Positions 1-12,690 of a stretch of 64,000 bases of DNA are shown in pieces. The notes beneath the pieces were generated by a model. The model had not been told where the DNA came from and ran no database searches. It saw only the letters and a list, made by a program, of their open reading frames with translations. A program made the translations under genes and the position numbers. Source of the DNA: Chiloscyllium plagiosum (taxonomy: Eukaryota); NCBI RefSeq assembly GCF_004010195.1, contig NC_057744.1:24674224-24738223 (forward strand). The letters run 5' to 3'. Position 1 is the stretch's first letter; every line of letters starts with the position of its first letter.

Positions 1-186
1 GAAAAGCTCAGCAGGTCTGGCAGCATCTGTAAAGCGAAATGAGAGTTAACGTTTTTGGTCCGGTGAACTTTTCTCAGAGTTCACGTTGATTTCTCTTTGC
101 AGATGCTGCCAAACCTGCTGAGCTTTTCCAGCAGTTTCTGTTTTTGTTTCTGATTTACAGCATCCACAGTTCTTTCAGTTTTTATT
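1..186 (+). mobile_element. Penelope-like pseudo-LTR (family B), decayed inverted/direct hairpin, cut by window edge
   Basis: gaaaagctcagcaggtctggcagcatctg (1-29) is inverted at ~100-128 (cagatgctgccaaacctgctgagcttttc). Similar to 59913-60042; decayed hammerhead on minus strand at ~42-81. Confidence 0.65.
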
Positions 187-616
187 TTGTTAGTGACTTG
201 TCCAGTGATTGAGTCTTCACCATTTTGTTGGTTGAAATTACCATGTCCAGAGATATCATCATAAAATAATTGGAACAAAATAGTCCACCAATTCGGCAGT
301 TTTTCTCCCAACTATTAGAAAAGACTCCTCATTTGTAATTATCAACTATAGGCATTGAGTACAGGTTATGGCTGTTTATTAAAGCTGACTTAGGGAGAGA
401 CCATTCTAGACTAGCTAGACTAGAACCCTGCTGAATTCAAGAAATTTATTTCTTTTGTGGGCCCTTAATAACATATACACATTCCATAATTTAAAATCTA
501 ACCTTGTCAGTAAATAATCATAAAATAAACAGGACTTTCCAGTTCTCAGTTCATATCTTCATTCATCCAAACAGGAGCCACTTCGTCTTACTCTCACTTG
601 GCTCCAACTTGTACTG

Positions 617-828
617 AAAATTTGTTGCTGGAAAAGCGCAGCAGGTCAGGCAGCATCCAAGAAACAGGAGAATCGACGTTTCGGGCATAAGCCCTTCTCC
701 AGGGCTGAAGAAGGGCTTATGCCCGAAACGTCGATTCTCCTGTTCCTTGGATGCTGCCTGACCTGCTGCGCTTTTCCAGCAACACATTTTCAGCTCTGAT
801 CTCCAGCATCTGCAGTCCTCACTTTCTC
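617..828 (+). mobile_element. Mini Penelope-like element (family A): inverted plus direct pseudo-LTR hairpin
   Basis: 89-bp inverted arms 614-702 and 705-793 (3 mismatches), then a 35-nt tail. TSD ctccaacttgtactg at 602-616 and 829-843. The same repeat caps the GIY-YIG fragment at 6475-7162. Confidence 0.9.
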
Positions 829-1026
829 CTCCAACTTGTACTGTTTGCTCTACTCCTTATCTGTTTATTTCTGCTGATCTTCATCTCCCCCTTCTGTCTC
901 TTAATCAGTTAGCCCCTATGGTTCCCAATGGTGTTTGGGATTTAGCTGAAGAATACTGCACCCTTGGTTTTACTGTGAAAAGAGAAATCCTTATTTAATG
1001 CTTAAACTGTCTTACAGTCTATTTAA

Positions 1027-1131
1027 TGAGTCATTCCTGATGAAGGGCTTATGCCTGAAATGTCGACTCTCCTGATCCTCAGATGCTGCCTGATTGGCTG
1101 TGCTTTTCCAGCACTGCACTCTTAGACGATC
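1027..1131 (+). mobile_element. Solo family-A pseudo-LTR monomer with decayed hammerhead
   Basis: cattcctgatgaagggcttatgcctgaaatgtcga...; TSD gtctatttaa at 1017-1026 and 1132-1141. Confidence 0.8.
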
Positions 1132-1984
1132 GTCTATTTAACTCTTATGGGCTCTTACATTTTAAGCACCATATATGATCTCAATTTCCAATTATGTTTG
1201 CATGCCTTAGTCTTCCTTCCTCAAGAAATAACTCTCGTGTACAGAGCACCTAGATGTCCACTATACCGAGAAGTGTTGCTGCTCATAAAAAATTATCAGA
1301 TGTAACTTTTAAGAAAATCAAAATACTGAGAGCAAATGTTCAATACATTGTGGTCTTTAGCACTTCGAAGGCTAAATCAAATTTCTGATATAACAGTCAC
1401 AGCACATGAAGTATTTTGAGGAAATGTGGTAAGCTGCTACATAAATGCAAATACTCTTATTGTTTATCCAGAATTCAGTAGTGTACAATGTCAAAATGTG
1501 TATAGCATCAACACAGTTGAATTTAAAATCTCAAAACAAATAAATCACATCTTTCACATCTCGGATTCATGGGGAAAGGAACAATACACATGCAATACTT
1601 TGCTTGGTTATTGCAAATTTCCTAATTAACAATTGACATAATTGATGAAGAAAACTTTACAAACATATTATTTCAAACAGTAATTTTGTGTAACCTTATG
1701 AAATATACCAAGAATAGTGTGCAATTAATTTGTCCAAGACCACAAAAAGGCACCCATATGTCATGACACTGAAGGTAATCTTGATCAGATTTTCACAGAC
1801 CATTAGACGGATGAATCATTTTAAGACAGTGATTGAGGAAGATATTCTTTTCTGCAGTATCTGTGCTGGTAATTGTTCAGTAAAGCTATCAAAATAACAT
1901 CAAATAGATGACTTAAACAAAATATGGTTGCCCTGGGCCCTTCAAAGTTGCAGTTTCTGATTCATCTTGACTACTGGGCCATTG

Positions 1985-2710
1985 GAGCATGAGAAATACA
2001 AACAAGAACAATAGCATTCAATAATATCATGTCTGATCTGCATCAGGCCTCCACTATTCCTTCCTGTCAACCGCACCGCAGTCCTTAACTCCTGGCTATC
2101 TATAAAATCTATCTGTGCCATCTTTAAACACTTTCAGTGATCTCTCCACCACAATTCTTGATGGTAGAGAATTTCTGACAATTATTATCCTCTGGGAGAA
2201 GGAATTCCTTTACAACTCGTGTCCCACAATTCTACAACAATGACCCCTAGTTCAAAACCCCCCTCAAATGGAGAAACATCTTCTCAACCATCTACCTTCT
2301 CAAACTCCCTCAGAATGTTGTACATTTCAAAAAGATTGTTCCCCGCTCTTCTAAACTCCAATGAATCGAGGCCTCACCCGTTTGCCATTTCATAATAAAT
2401 TAACTCCTTTATGACAGGAATCAGCCTAATGGATCCCTTTTCAGACCATAAAGTCCAGGAGAAATAGGAACAGGAATAGGCTGTTCAGCTCCACCCTTCA
2501 GCAGAATCATGGCTCACATCTGCTTTTCCGGCTTTATCTGTGCTTTTGAACAGCCTTCAATGCCAGTGCATCCTTTCTTAAACGCAAGGATCAAACTTGT
2601 ACTCAGTACTCCAAATGCAGCCTGCACTGTCGCAACTAGGACTTATTTTTAAACTCCAAACCCCTTGCAACAAAGGCCAAAATTATATGCACCTTCCAAA
2701 TTACTTGCTA
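1985..2710 (-). mobile_element. Old CR1 LINE 3' fragments
   Basis: Reverse-complement similarity to the CR1 3' regions at 38512-39826 and 49277-50680 (e.g. ctcttctaaactccaatgaa, cagtactccaaatgcagcct). Confidence 0.6.
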
Positions 2711-3144
2711 CGCTCAGAATTTAGACCTCCACTACCTCAGAGAGCTGTGGAGGCTAGATCACTGAAAGTATATCAAGAGGAGATGGATGGATTCTTTTAG
2801 ACCAGAAGGGGGTGGGTGCTTCTCAGGTGAGGAATCACAAGGAGAAGCCAACATTGGTTTGAAAGTCATATGATCAAGCTCTGATTGCCTTTGATCAAGG
2901 AATACCCCTCATCATGCACCTCCGCTAGCCTGAGTTTGTGGTTCAGACGAAAGCTTAAGCATGGGCCTTCCCACTCAGAAATTAAATTTGACAGATTGTT
3001 GGGGGGTGGCGGGGAGATGGATAAATATAACTTGATTTGTTTTTCCTTTACTGTAAAAAAAATTAAATAAGACATAATTTTAACATGGTTTTGAAAAAAA
3101 AAAATCACAAAAGCTGTCTACTGGTGTTGCATCAATGGAGTGAT

Positions 3145-3790
3145 AATGAGACAAGGTGTTTGAGAAAGCATATGGTATATCTGCCTTTAATAGCTGAAGC
3201 AAAGAAAACAAAAGCAGGGAGATAATGCTCGAATTCCATAATACTTTGATTCAACCACAACTGGAGAATTGCATCCTGTTCGACTCACTATATTTTAGGA
3301 ATGATGTGATTGAACCAAAGAAGGTGCAGAGGAGATTTACTAGGAAAACAGCTGAGCTGCAGGCTCTGAGTTATGAGGAAAGAATGAAGAAGCTGGACTG
3401 GTTTTCCTTGGAGCAGCAAAGGTTGAGAAGGGACCTGACAGAGGTGAATAAGATCATGATATGCAGAGAATGGATAGAAAGGAATTTTTCCATTCATGTA
3501 GGGGTCAATAATCAGCTGTTATATATTTGAGGATGGGGTAAAAGACTAAGTGGAGATTTGATGAGTTTTTTTTTCACTCAGAGACTGGTGGGAATTTGGT
3601 ACTGAAAATGAGAGGGTGTTTGAGTCAGCAACTCTTGTAACATTTAAGCAGCATTAAGATATTCACCTGCATTTCCATAGCCTTTAGGAGTGGGAGCCTA
3701 AATGGGACAGGTGCTGTCACTTCCTTGTTGATCATCACAGAAATGGTGAGTCAAATGACACCCTTCTGCGTTGTCAATATCTACGAGACT
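3145..3790 (+). mobile_element. Decayed CR1 LINE 3' end
   Basis: ORF 3225-3530 reads LIQPQLENCI..KVQRRFTR..LSYEERMKKLDWFSLEQQRLRRDL, matching the CR1 ORF2 C-terminus. Confidence 0.85.
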
Positions 3791-4457
3791 GAGTTCTATT
3801 TATGGTTACAAAATACATTTTGCTCTACTTTGCTAGATTGAGGCATTTCACATCATATGCTGTTGCTGTTTCTCCTCCCGTAATCTTCAGTCCAAAACCA
3901 TGCTTGCACTACAGTTTGTGAAAATGCAAGCTGATGATGAAATGGTGAACATGAAGAAGCACCAGCAAATGGTAGCACCAATAGCGTGTCTCTTTCCCCA
4001 AAGGGATATTAAGGATTGTGAAAAAGATAGAGGAAAAACAGGATAATGGAGCACGCTTGGTGAATCACAGTTAAATTTGGTCCCAAAGGAGAAATAGTGA
4101 GAGGGAAAAGAGAAAAACATAGGACTAAAAATATAAGTGAGACATAAAACAACAACTCAGAATATACACAAATGAGGTTCAACACTTGTTCACTTTCCAG
4201 ACAAGACAGGTTGATGTGCATTGCATCAACAATTATACATCATTAAAATAGGTACTTGCCCTCTTAAATATCAAACTTACCATCCTGTGGTTACTTTATC
4301 TAGGCCATTTACATATAAATCCAGCAAAATGTGAACAGGGAAACAAAGGGCAAAGTGCACTTAGAATCATAGAGTCATGGAGATGTACAACGTGGAAAGA
4401 GACCCTTCAGTCCAACTTGTATGAAGCAATCAGCACAAAGATGTTTTTAAGATTTGT

Positions 4458-4770
4458 GGGCGGCATGGTGGCACAGTGGTTAGAACTGCTACCTCACAGC
4501 GCCAGAGACCCGGATTCAATTCCGCCTCAGGTGACTCTCTGTGTGGAGTTTGCACATTCTCCCCATGTCTGCGTGGGTTTCCTCCGGGTGCTCTGGTTTC
4601 CTCCCACAATCCAAAAATGTGCAGGTTAGGTGAATTGGCCATGCTAAATTGCCCGTAGTGTTAGGTGAAGAGGTAAATGTAGGGGAATGGGTCTGGGTGG
4701 GTTGCGTTTCAGTGGGTTGGTGTGGACTTGTTGGGCCGAAGGGCCTATTTCCACACTGTAAGTAATCTAA
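4458..4770 (+). mobile_element. HE1-like tRNA-derived V-SINE
   Basis: A box tggcacagtgg, B box ggattcaattcc, V-domain tgtggagtttgcacattctcccc..gggtttcctccgggtgctctggtttcctcccaca, CR1-like tail. Confidence 0.9.
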
Positions 4771-4798
4771 ACTGCCCTCGTTGCCAATTGGATACAAA

Positions 4799-5333
4799 TG
4801 TGTGCAGTTTTAGTCTCCTTTTCTGAGGAAGGATGCTCTTGCTCTCGAGGGAGTGAAGCAAAGGTTTACCAGGCTGATTCCGGGGATGGCATGAGGAGAG
4901 ATTGACTAGGTTAGGATTGTTTTCTCTGAAGTTCAGATGAGTGAGGGGGGCATCTCATAGAGATTATAAAATTCTAACAGAATTAGACAGGGTAGATGCA
5001 GGGAGGATGTTCCTGATGGTAGGTGTGTTCAGAACCAGGGGTCACAGTCTGAGGATTTGGGGTAGACCATTCAAAATGGAGATGAGAAGACATTTCTTCA
5101 CCTGAATAGTGGTGAGCCTGTGGAATTCACTACCACAGGAAGTAGTCAATGCCAAAACATCAAATCTATTTAAGAGGTGGCTGGATATAGAATTTGAGGT
5201 GAATGAGATCAAAGGTTATAGCGAGGAAGCAAAATTAGACAATTGAGTTGGATGAACGGCCATGCTCGTGATGATTGATGGAGCAGATTTGAAGGCCGAA
5301 TGGCCTCCTCCTCCTCCTATCTTCTATGTTTCA
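4799..5333 (+). mobile_element. CR1 LINE 3' end nested in another CR1
   Basis: Runs from a CVQF-like start to a gaatggcctcctcct..ctatgtttc tail. It interrupts ttgccaattggatacaaa|..ggagacagagggtgg, which is contiguous in the copy at ~30934. Confidence 0.8.
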
Positions 5334-5339
5334 ATATTT

Positions 5340-6365
5340 GCTGCAGGAGACAGAGGGTGGTGACAGAGGGTTTTGTTTTTAGACTGGAGGCCTGTGACCA
5401 GTGCATTCCACAGGGATCAGTAGCGAGCCCACTTTGTTTGTCATTTATATAAATTATTTGAATGAGAATATAGGAGGCATGGTTCGTAAGTTTGTGGACG
5501 ACACCAAAATTGGTGGTAGAGTGGACAGTGAAGAAAATTATCTAAGATGACAAAGAGATCTTGATCAATTGGATCAGTGAGCTGAAGAGCGACAGATGGA
5601 GTTTAATTTACATAAATGTGAGGTATTGCATTTTGGTAAAACAAAGACAGGCAGAACATATACAGTTAATGGTCGGGTCTTAGGTAGTGTTGTAGAACAG
5701 AGAGACCTAGGGGTTCAGGTACATAAATCTTTGAAATTTGTATCACAGCTAGACAGGGTAGGTTAAGAAGGCATTTAGCGCATTTGACTTCATTGCTCAG
5801 ACTTCTGCAAATAGGAGTTGGAATGTCACATTGAGGTTAGAAATAACATTAGTGAGTCCTCTTCTGAATATTGTGTGTAGTTCTGGTCTCCCTGTTACAG
5901 TGAGGCTATTATTAAACTGGTGACGGTTCATGAAAAGATTTACCAGGATGTTGCCAGGAATGGAGAGTTTGGGTTGTCAGGCAAGGCTGGGATAAGCTAG
6001 GACTTTTCTTACTGGAGCACAGGAGGTTGAGAGGTTTTCGAGGTTTATAAAATCATGAGGTGAATAGCTAAAGTATTTTCCCTATGGTGAGGGAGTTCAA
6101 AACTAGGGGGCATATTTTTAAGGAGAGAGGAGAAAAATTTAAAAAGGATATGAGGAGCAACTTTTTTTTAAACACTTTTTTTAGTGGTTCGTGCAGGTAC
6201 AGTTACTAAGCTAATAAGAGATTTGGATTAGTACATGAACAGAAAAGGCTTGGAGGGATATGGGACAAATGCAGGCAGGTGGGACAAGTTTAGTTTGAGA
6301 ACATGATCGGCGTGGATGAGTTGGACTGAAGGGGCTGTTTCCATGCTGTATGACTCTCTGACTCT
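5340..6365 (+). mobile_element. CR1 (HER1-like) LINE, 5'-truncated
   Basis: RT motifs PQGS (ccacagggatca) and KFVDDTKIGG; tail ctgtttccatgctgtatgactctctgactct. A short upstream piece lies at ~4781-4798. Confidence 0.9.
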
Positions 6366-6474
6366 GTGCTGTTAATGCCATGCATGCCATGGCTTAATTG
6401 CATATTATATGCATCCTTCACGTGCCATCATAAATTTACTAACTTTGTGCCCCACCTTGCCTTCAATAATTGTC

Positions 6475-7162
6475 TGAGGAGAAAGTGATGTCTGCAGATG
6501 CTGGAGATCAGAGCTGGAAATGTGTTGCTGGAAAAGCGCAGCAGGTCAGGCAGCATCCAGGGAACAGGAGAATCGACGTTTCGGGCATCAGCCCTTCTTC
6601 AGGAATGGGGAAAGTTTGTCCAGCAGGCTAAGATAAAAGGTAGGGAGGAGGGACTTGGGAGAGGGGCATTGGAAATGTGATAGGTTGAAAGAGGTCAAGG
6701 TGAGGGTGATAGGTCAGACTGGGGTGGGGGCGGAGAGGTCGGGAAGAAGATTGCAGGTTAGGAAGGCGGTGCTGAGTGCGATGGATTTGACTGAGACAAG
6801 TGGGGGGGAGGGGAAATGCGGAAACTGGTGAAATCCGAGTTCATCCATTGTGGTTGGAGGGTTCCTAGGCGGAAGATGAGGCGCTCTTCCTCCAACCGTC
6901 ATTTTGTTGTGGTCTGACGATGGAGGAGTCCAAAGACCTGCATATCCTTGGTGGAGTGGGAGGGGGAATTGAAATGTTGAGCTACAGGGTGGTTGGGTTG
7001 GTTGGTCCGGGTGTCCCAGAGATGTTCTCTGAAACGCTCCGCACGTAGCCAGCCTGTCTCCCCAATATAGAGGAGGCCACATCGGGTGCAGAGGATGCAA
7101 TAGATGATGTGTGTGGAGGTGCAGGTGAATCTGTGGCGGATATGGAAGTTTCCTTTGGGGCG
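6475..7162 (-). mobile_element. Penelope-like element family A, 5'-truncated: GIY-YIG endonuclease fragment plus pseudo-LTR
   Basis: ORF 6899-7174 reads FTCTSTHIIYCILCTRCGLLYIGETG..RFREHL..PVAQHFN (GIY-YIG). TSD aataattgtc at 6465-6474 and 7163-7172. Confidence 0.92.
6571..6606 (-). ncRNA. Minimal type I hammerhead ribozyme motif in Penelope pseudo-LTR
   Basis: Minus strand reads AUUC-CUGAAGA-A-GGGC-UGAU-GCCC-GAA-ACGU-C-GAUU. Core boxes intact, palindromic ACGU in place of stem III, weak stem I. Confidence 0.65.
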
Positions 7163-8255
7163 AATAATTGTCATTCACTTCACCATCATATTCGGAAAAC
7201 TGGTCACTCATTTTTCTTCTGAATGAATAAATTTATCATGTTTAATCCACACCTTTTAGCTTCAGTATTCTTTATTCAGCAAATGAAGTTATCCTCTACC
7301 CACCCATAACAAGAGAATTGATGGAGAAACCATTAGCTGAGAGGAATAAAAGTTATTAGAAAGAGAATTAGACAATTTTCATGCAATCAGAGCACAGGAA
7401 AAATGATAGTGTCAGGATGTGCACATCAAAGTAACATAATTGTTTGTTGCACGGAAGTTGTCAAGAGAAGCTCCACAGAAAGAAGATAACAGAGGAGCAG
7501 TCATGTTGATGTCTTAGATGTGATCACAAAAAGTGTGCTATAATGGTTTATTAGAAAGACATCTCACACAACTGCACCTGAAAAAGGTTTGTGCTTCCAG
7601 GGATGACAATATTACTTCTACATATTTTAGAATTTACAATGAAGACTGTGTCCAATTGAGTAGCTTTTCTAGCATATTCTCAACATTAGACTCATACAAT
7701 TCCTGCAAAAAAGGTAACATTCTTACTGTAAATGCAAATTTTTCAAGATTGTCACATAAAATGTGACACTTGACATGTCTGAACCACAGTCAGTCCTGGA
7801 ACATAGCTGAAGTGACAAAAAAAAGAGAAGGATATGATTTCTCAAGTTAAGGATGAGAAAACATATTTTTATCATCCTTGAGTTTGAGATCTGAATAATT
7901 TCACTGTCTCAAGATGACAGTTTTTCTTTACTCCACAAAATACCTCTGAATAAGCTTATTTCAAGAGATGCTAGTTGGCCAACTTAAAAAGACAACCTGT
8001 GTTTGTTAATATTGTATTCAACACTAATTCATAAAACCAAGCTGGTGTCAAACAGAAGTTATAAACTGTTGTAAACTACTCCATTCAATAGTTCAATGAT
8101 CGACCATCAATTAGACTTATACTTATATTGAAGACTGAATTAATGCACATAGCTCCAACTAGCAGGTTTAATTTACTTCAAAATTAAGTCATCTATTCCT
8201 TCAGTGAATTCCCAATACATTTATAATTTTTCTACTGTTTGTGGAGATAAGCACA

Positions 8256-9082
8256 AGTTATGATCCCAGCTGTTACTATTGGACAAACCTGATCCCAGAT
8301 TGAAAAGTATCTTGATCAATCACATTTTACTTTGTTTAGTTTTAAGTGATAGTCTTTTACTGAAATGTAAGCATGCAATGATGTGGATTTAATTTTAACA
8401 ATAAAACAGAAGCCTATTACATCAAAAATGAATGTAAAAATAGAACAAACCAAGCTATTTACATATGACACAATTTAAAAGATTTCAAAACACATGGCAA
8501 AATGCAATCCTATCTATCTCAATACCATCAATTCACAGTACTCAAATACAAGAGAACATTCCTTTTCTTGTCACATTTATAGGTTGAACTGAACTCTTTC
8601 TTCAATTCCTGGTCTTGAGGGCTTGATAGATTTTTCCTTAATTATATGCACAATTGAGTTTAAACATTCTTGGCTTCAAATAGCCTCTCAGATTTCCTAA
8701 CTGACACTCATGGTGTGGAATTTTCACTCTAAACCCTAACAGTTAGGTTTACTATTAGTTTTGAACTAACTACTTTTGAGAGGAAAAACTGTTCTTATCT
8801 CTGATTTCAGGCATGTTTCCTGCAAAATGCTCAAATGATTTTCCAATCTCTTGGTTTTCCTAAAGTCAATTCTTGATTCTACTAAACTAAACTAATGTTT
8901 GTTCTCTCCAATCATAACCCTCCCACAATAGAAACAAATTCAAATCATCACTCCAGAAAGTCAGCTGCTTTCTGAACATACTGGTTTAAGATTGTGACTC
9001 AAGAAGGACCCCCAACAAGTTATTAAATCCAGACACATGCCACTAGTTCAAAATGGAAATTCCAAAAGAAACATGAGTAACA
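8256..9082 (-). mobile_element. Possible old solo LTR
   Basis: Starts gttatgatcccagc, ends gtaaca; composition resembles 42833-43443. No TSD seen. Confidence 0.3.
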
Positions 9083-11797
9083 ATGTCATATCTATTATTG
9101 GTTGAAGCTGAAGCAATATCTTGCACCATATTGTTTCATGGGAACACTTGAATAGGGTAAAATCAACTACTTAAATATATAGTTAGTCACCATTAATTTT
9201 TTTGGTCTGAATAATAGACATAAAAATCTATAAAATGTTAAAATAACAGGGAATTAAACTTGGAAAATAAACATTCTGCCACTTTTTTTAATTATAGAGA
9301 TATAATTTTATCACAAACAGACTTATTTTCAGGGTAAATATTACTAATTCAGTACATCTGTCACTACCTTTACTTTCTAAACCTTCTGTTGAGATTGTGT
9401 GCAGTATTTGTAAACAGACAGATGGCCCAAAGAGGACTGCACTGGGTGTCACAGGATCTTTAAAAATGATTGCACCCAACAACATGTAACTATCACACTG
9501 AAGAAGAGTGGAGTGAGTAAGTAATAGGGAAATCAACGTAAAGGTGTTTTGAGATATATCATTACAGATTTATGTGTCAAGATTTCATACTGCAATTCAT
9601 TCCCAATCCATTCTAACAATATCATGAATTTATATAACTATCTGCAGCACAACTGTTTCCATATAATTTAAAACAACTTTTTGGTTAATTCAGTGCAAGT
9701 GTTAGGTCCAAATTCTAATCATGAGTTGTAACAGAATACAGAGTTGGCAATGAGGGAATATGGTGTTCATTCTAGCTAAGGAAAAGTGTGTATCATTGCT
9801 GAGCTATTCAGTATTCCTCACTTGCTCACTCCATTCCATATCGTCTCTATTTCTGCAATTTTCTTTTGCAGTCAGATCAACAGACACATAGCAAATATTC
9901 AGAGTTAAAGTAGCAGATTCTTTTGTCATTTAAATACATGCACTGTATTATAGCTGTAGAAATGAAGCATCAGGCGCGCAATCTGTCAAGGCTAAATACA
10001 CACTACTGCTAGACAAACACATTCCACTGATAATGGTATTTTATACTGCCTCCAGATATTTGATATTGTAGAATTCTATCTGCATTTTACTATTTCAATG
10101 CTCCATTAGAATGGATTTATATCCACAATCAATACAAATTTAAGCAGAATTTGCAATCTGAAATTGGAATGCACTCAATGCAATTTGTCACAATCTGGTC
10201 CGCTTCTGCAATATCGGCTTCAGTTCAGGACATCTGTCTGAGTTTTGGGAGAGATTTCTCTTTTTCACATTCGTACCAGTGGGAGGTGTGGAAGTTGGAG
10301 TATCTACTCAAGCTCAACTTTAACTCGAAATGAAACAGCTTTCAGGGAGTTAAAATACCACTCACAATATAACAACATTCATTAAAAATTCATTCCAATA
10401 GGAAGGAGTGTCGATGTAATTATTCAACACAGGTTTCAAATGTAAATCAAGAAATATTTCAAAACATTATCATGTTGAAAGTACAGTCGATCCTTGTTGG
10501 ATCTTAAATGAAACTGAATTTGCACCTTGGATTTGTCAGGGTGTAATTATCCTGACTGGCTGTCTGTTGGTACAGTTTTCTGAAGAATGTTCTGTGTTAA
10601 TGTCCATTAATAGCTCATAACGAAGATATGCACGTGTGACAGATCAATTGACATTCTTGGTTTTGTACAATGGTAAAGCAAAATGTTCTTGTCAAAATGG
10701 ACATAATCTATTTGAATTCAGGACAATATGTGTACCCAAAGACAAAATAGTAAACATAAAGAATGCATGGGTACAAGATTGAAATATTCAGGTTTTAAAT
10801 AAATGTGGACAGCTGAGGATGAAAAGTGACACCACAGTCTGAATCAGTCAACTGTAAAATCTGTTAAGTATCATAAAACAGGAATTGCTTCTTACGTATT
10901 CCTTGGGTGTTCTATAACACATTTGGGATTCCTTGAATTTGTCCAGACACAACAAAGTAGAAACATCAACAAAAAAGCCAATCTTCACCAAATCACTTAA
11001 TACCATTCTGGAACAAAATCTTTCATTGTCAATAAGAAAAGTGATTAGTTCTACATGACATGTGTTTTCAGAAGGAAGACACCATTCCCATGTTTGGTAT
11101 TCAGTATTCTGTGATACTAAAGATGGCACAAGAAGTTGATTCTGCAGAGTTCCATTACTCAAACTCGAGTGAGATGAATTGTTTGCAATTTGCATCAATG
11201 AAATTACTTATTTCTTTCACCAGATGCTGTACATTGAGTTTCTGGAAATCAGGTTAGCTACCAATTAACATTTACAATAATATTGCTTTTAAGGGACAAT
11301 CAATTTTGTGAGACATGAACTATTAAATACAAATCAAGTAGGATTTTCACTTAGATTAAATTAACTATTACATCAAAGACTAGACCTTTTGGAAAATAAC
11401 AACTGGAAATCTGCCATGAAATATGAACTTACAAATTTGCCACTGAAATTACAGCATCCTGCAATTGCTTCATACAAATGAAGGTGCACTTTTAGCTTTC
11501 ACAGTCTTTTGAATAACTTGTTAGATTTGTCTGTTGGACTGACGAGGTAAAATTAAAACTGGAAATAAATGATGAGACAATTAAATTGATATAATGTCAA
11601 ACACCTTCTCTAGCCCTGACACAGACCAATTTAAACTATTCAACCTCATTCTTACCTGCAGTAAATTGCTATTTCAGATTTCAAGAATATTCATCTAAAA
11701 TCTTTTTTTTTCTGTTTTCTTGCTTTTCTTTCTGTTTATTTTTGCCTTGGATGTTTTCTTAGTTTTCTCTATTTTTTAGCTTCTCCTTTATACTTTG

Positions 11798-12064
11798 CCC
11801 TCTTAGTCTGATGCAAATCTTTTTTTTCGTTTTGATGCACCTTGCTTTATTTCTCCTTCTGAAACTAATTTAACTCAAATTCATTCTGCTCTCTGTTGGT
11901 CTGCCTTTTCATTTTAAATACTTACATTTCACCCTCTTAGTCTGATGCAAATCTTTTTTTTCGTTTTGATGCGCCTTGCTTTATTTCTCCTTCTGAAACT
12001 AATTTAACTCAAATTCATTCTGCTCTTGTTGGTCTGCCTTTTCATTTTAAATACTTACATTTCA
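11798..12064. repeat. Tandem duplication, 2 x ~133 bp
   Basis: ccctcttagtctgatgcaaat...cttacatttca starts at 11798 and at 11932; about 3 differences. Confidence 0.95.
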
Positions 12065-12091
12065 CTGCTTAATGGTATATACTGTTATTGT

Positions 12092-12690
12092 GTCATAGAG
12101 TCATATAGCATGGAAACAGAGCCTTTAGCCCAATCAGTCCATGCCAAACATAATTCCAAACTAAACACATCCCACCTACCTGCTCCTGGCCCACGTCCCT
12201 CCAAACCTTTCCTATTCACATACTTCTCAAAATGTCTTTTAAATGTTGTAATTGTGCCCACATCCGTTACTTCCTCAGGAAGTTCATTCCACATGCGAAC
12301 CATCGTCTGTACAAAAACTTTGTTCCTCACGTTTTTTTTTAATCTCTCTGCTCTCACTTTAAAAATGTGCCCCTGAGTCATGAAATCCCCCCTCCAAGGG
12401 AAAAGACAACTAGGTCCCAGCCTTTCTTTATAACTCAAACCTTCCATACCTGGCAACATCCTGGTAAATCTCTTCTGAACTCTCTCCAGCTTAGTGACAT
12501 CCGCCCGATAACTGGGCGACCAGAACTGGACACAGTACTCCATAAAAGGCCTCACCAATGTCCTGTACAACCTCAAATGGTTCCCAACTCTTATTCAGAA
12601 AGGACTGAGCAATGAGGCAAGTGTGTCAAACACCTTTTTAACCACACTGTCTTTTTGTGATGCAAACTCCAAAGAATATGTACTTTGATG
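12092..12690 (-). mobile_element. CR1 (HER1-like) LINE 3' end
   Basis: ORF 12085-12576 reads LYRTLVRPFMEYCVQFWSP..KLERVQKRFTRMLPGMEGLSYKERL; tatgactctatgac tail. Confidence 0.92.

Noticed and set aside
563-787. Recurring short ORFs MCCWKSAAGQAASKEQ / NVLLEKRSRSGSIQG as a small gene family
   Set aside because: They are translations of the family-A pseudo-LTR repeat in various frames and strands, with no independent coding evidence.
6899-7174. GIY-YIG ORF as a functional nuclease gene
   Set aside because: It is a 5'-truncated Penelope-like fragment whose start codon lies in flanking DNA; no RT is present.
9388-9520. Possible exon (polypyrimidine..ag, then gtgagt/gtaagt donor-like sites)
   Set aside because: The most plausible frame stops early, the peptide is unrecognisable and no partner exons were found.
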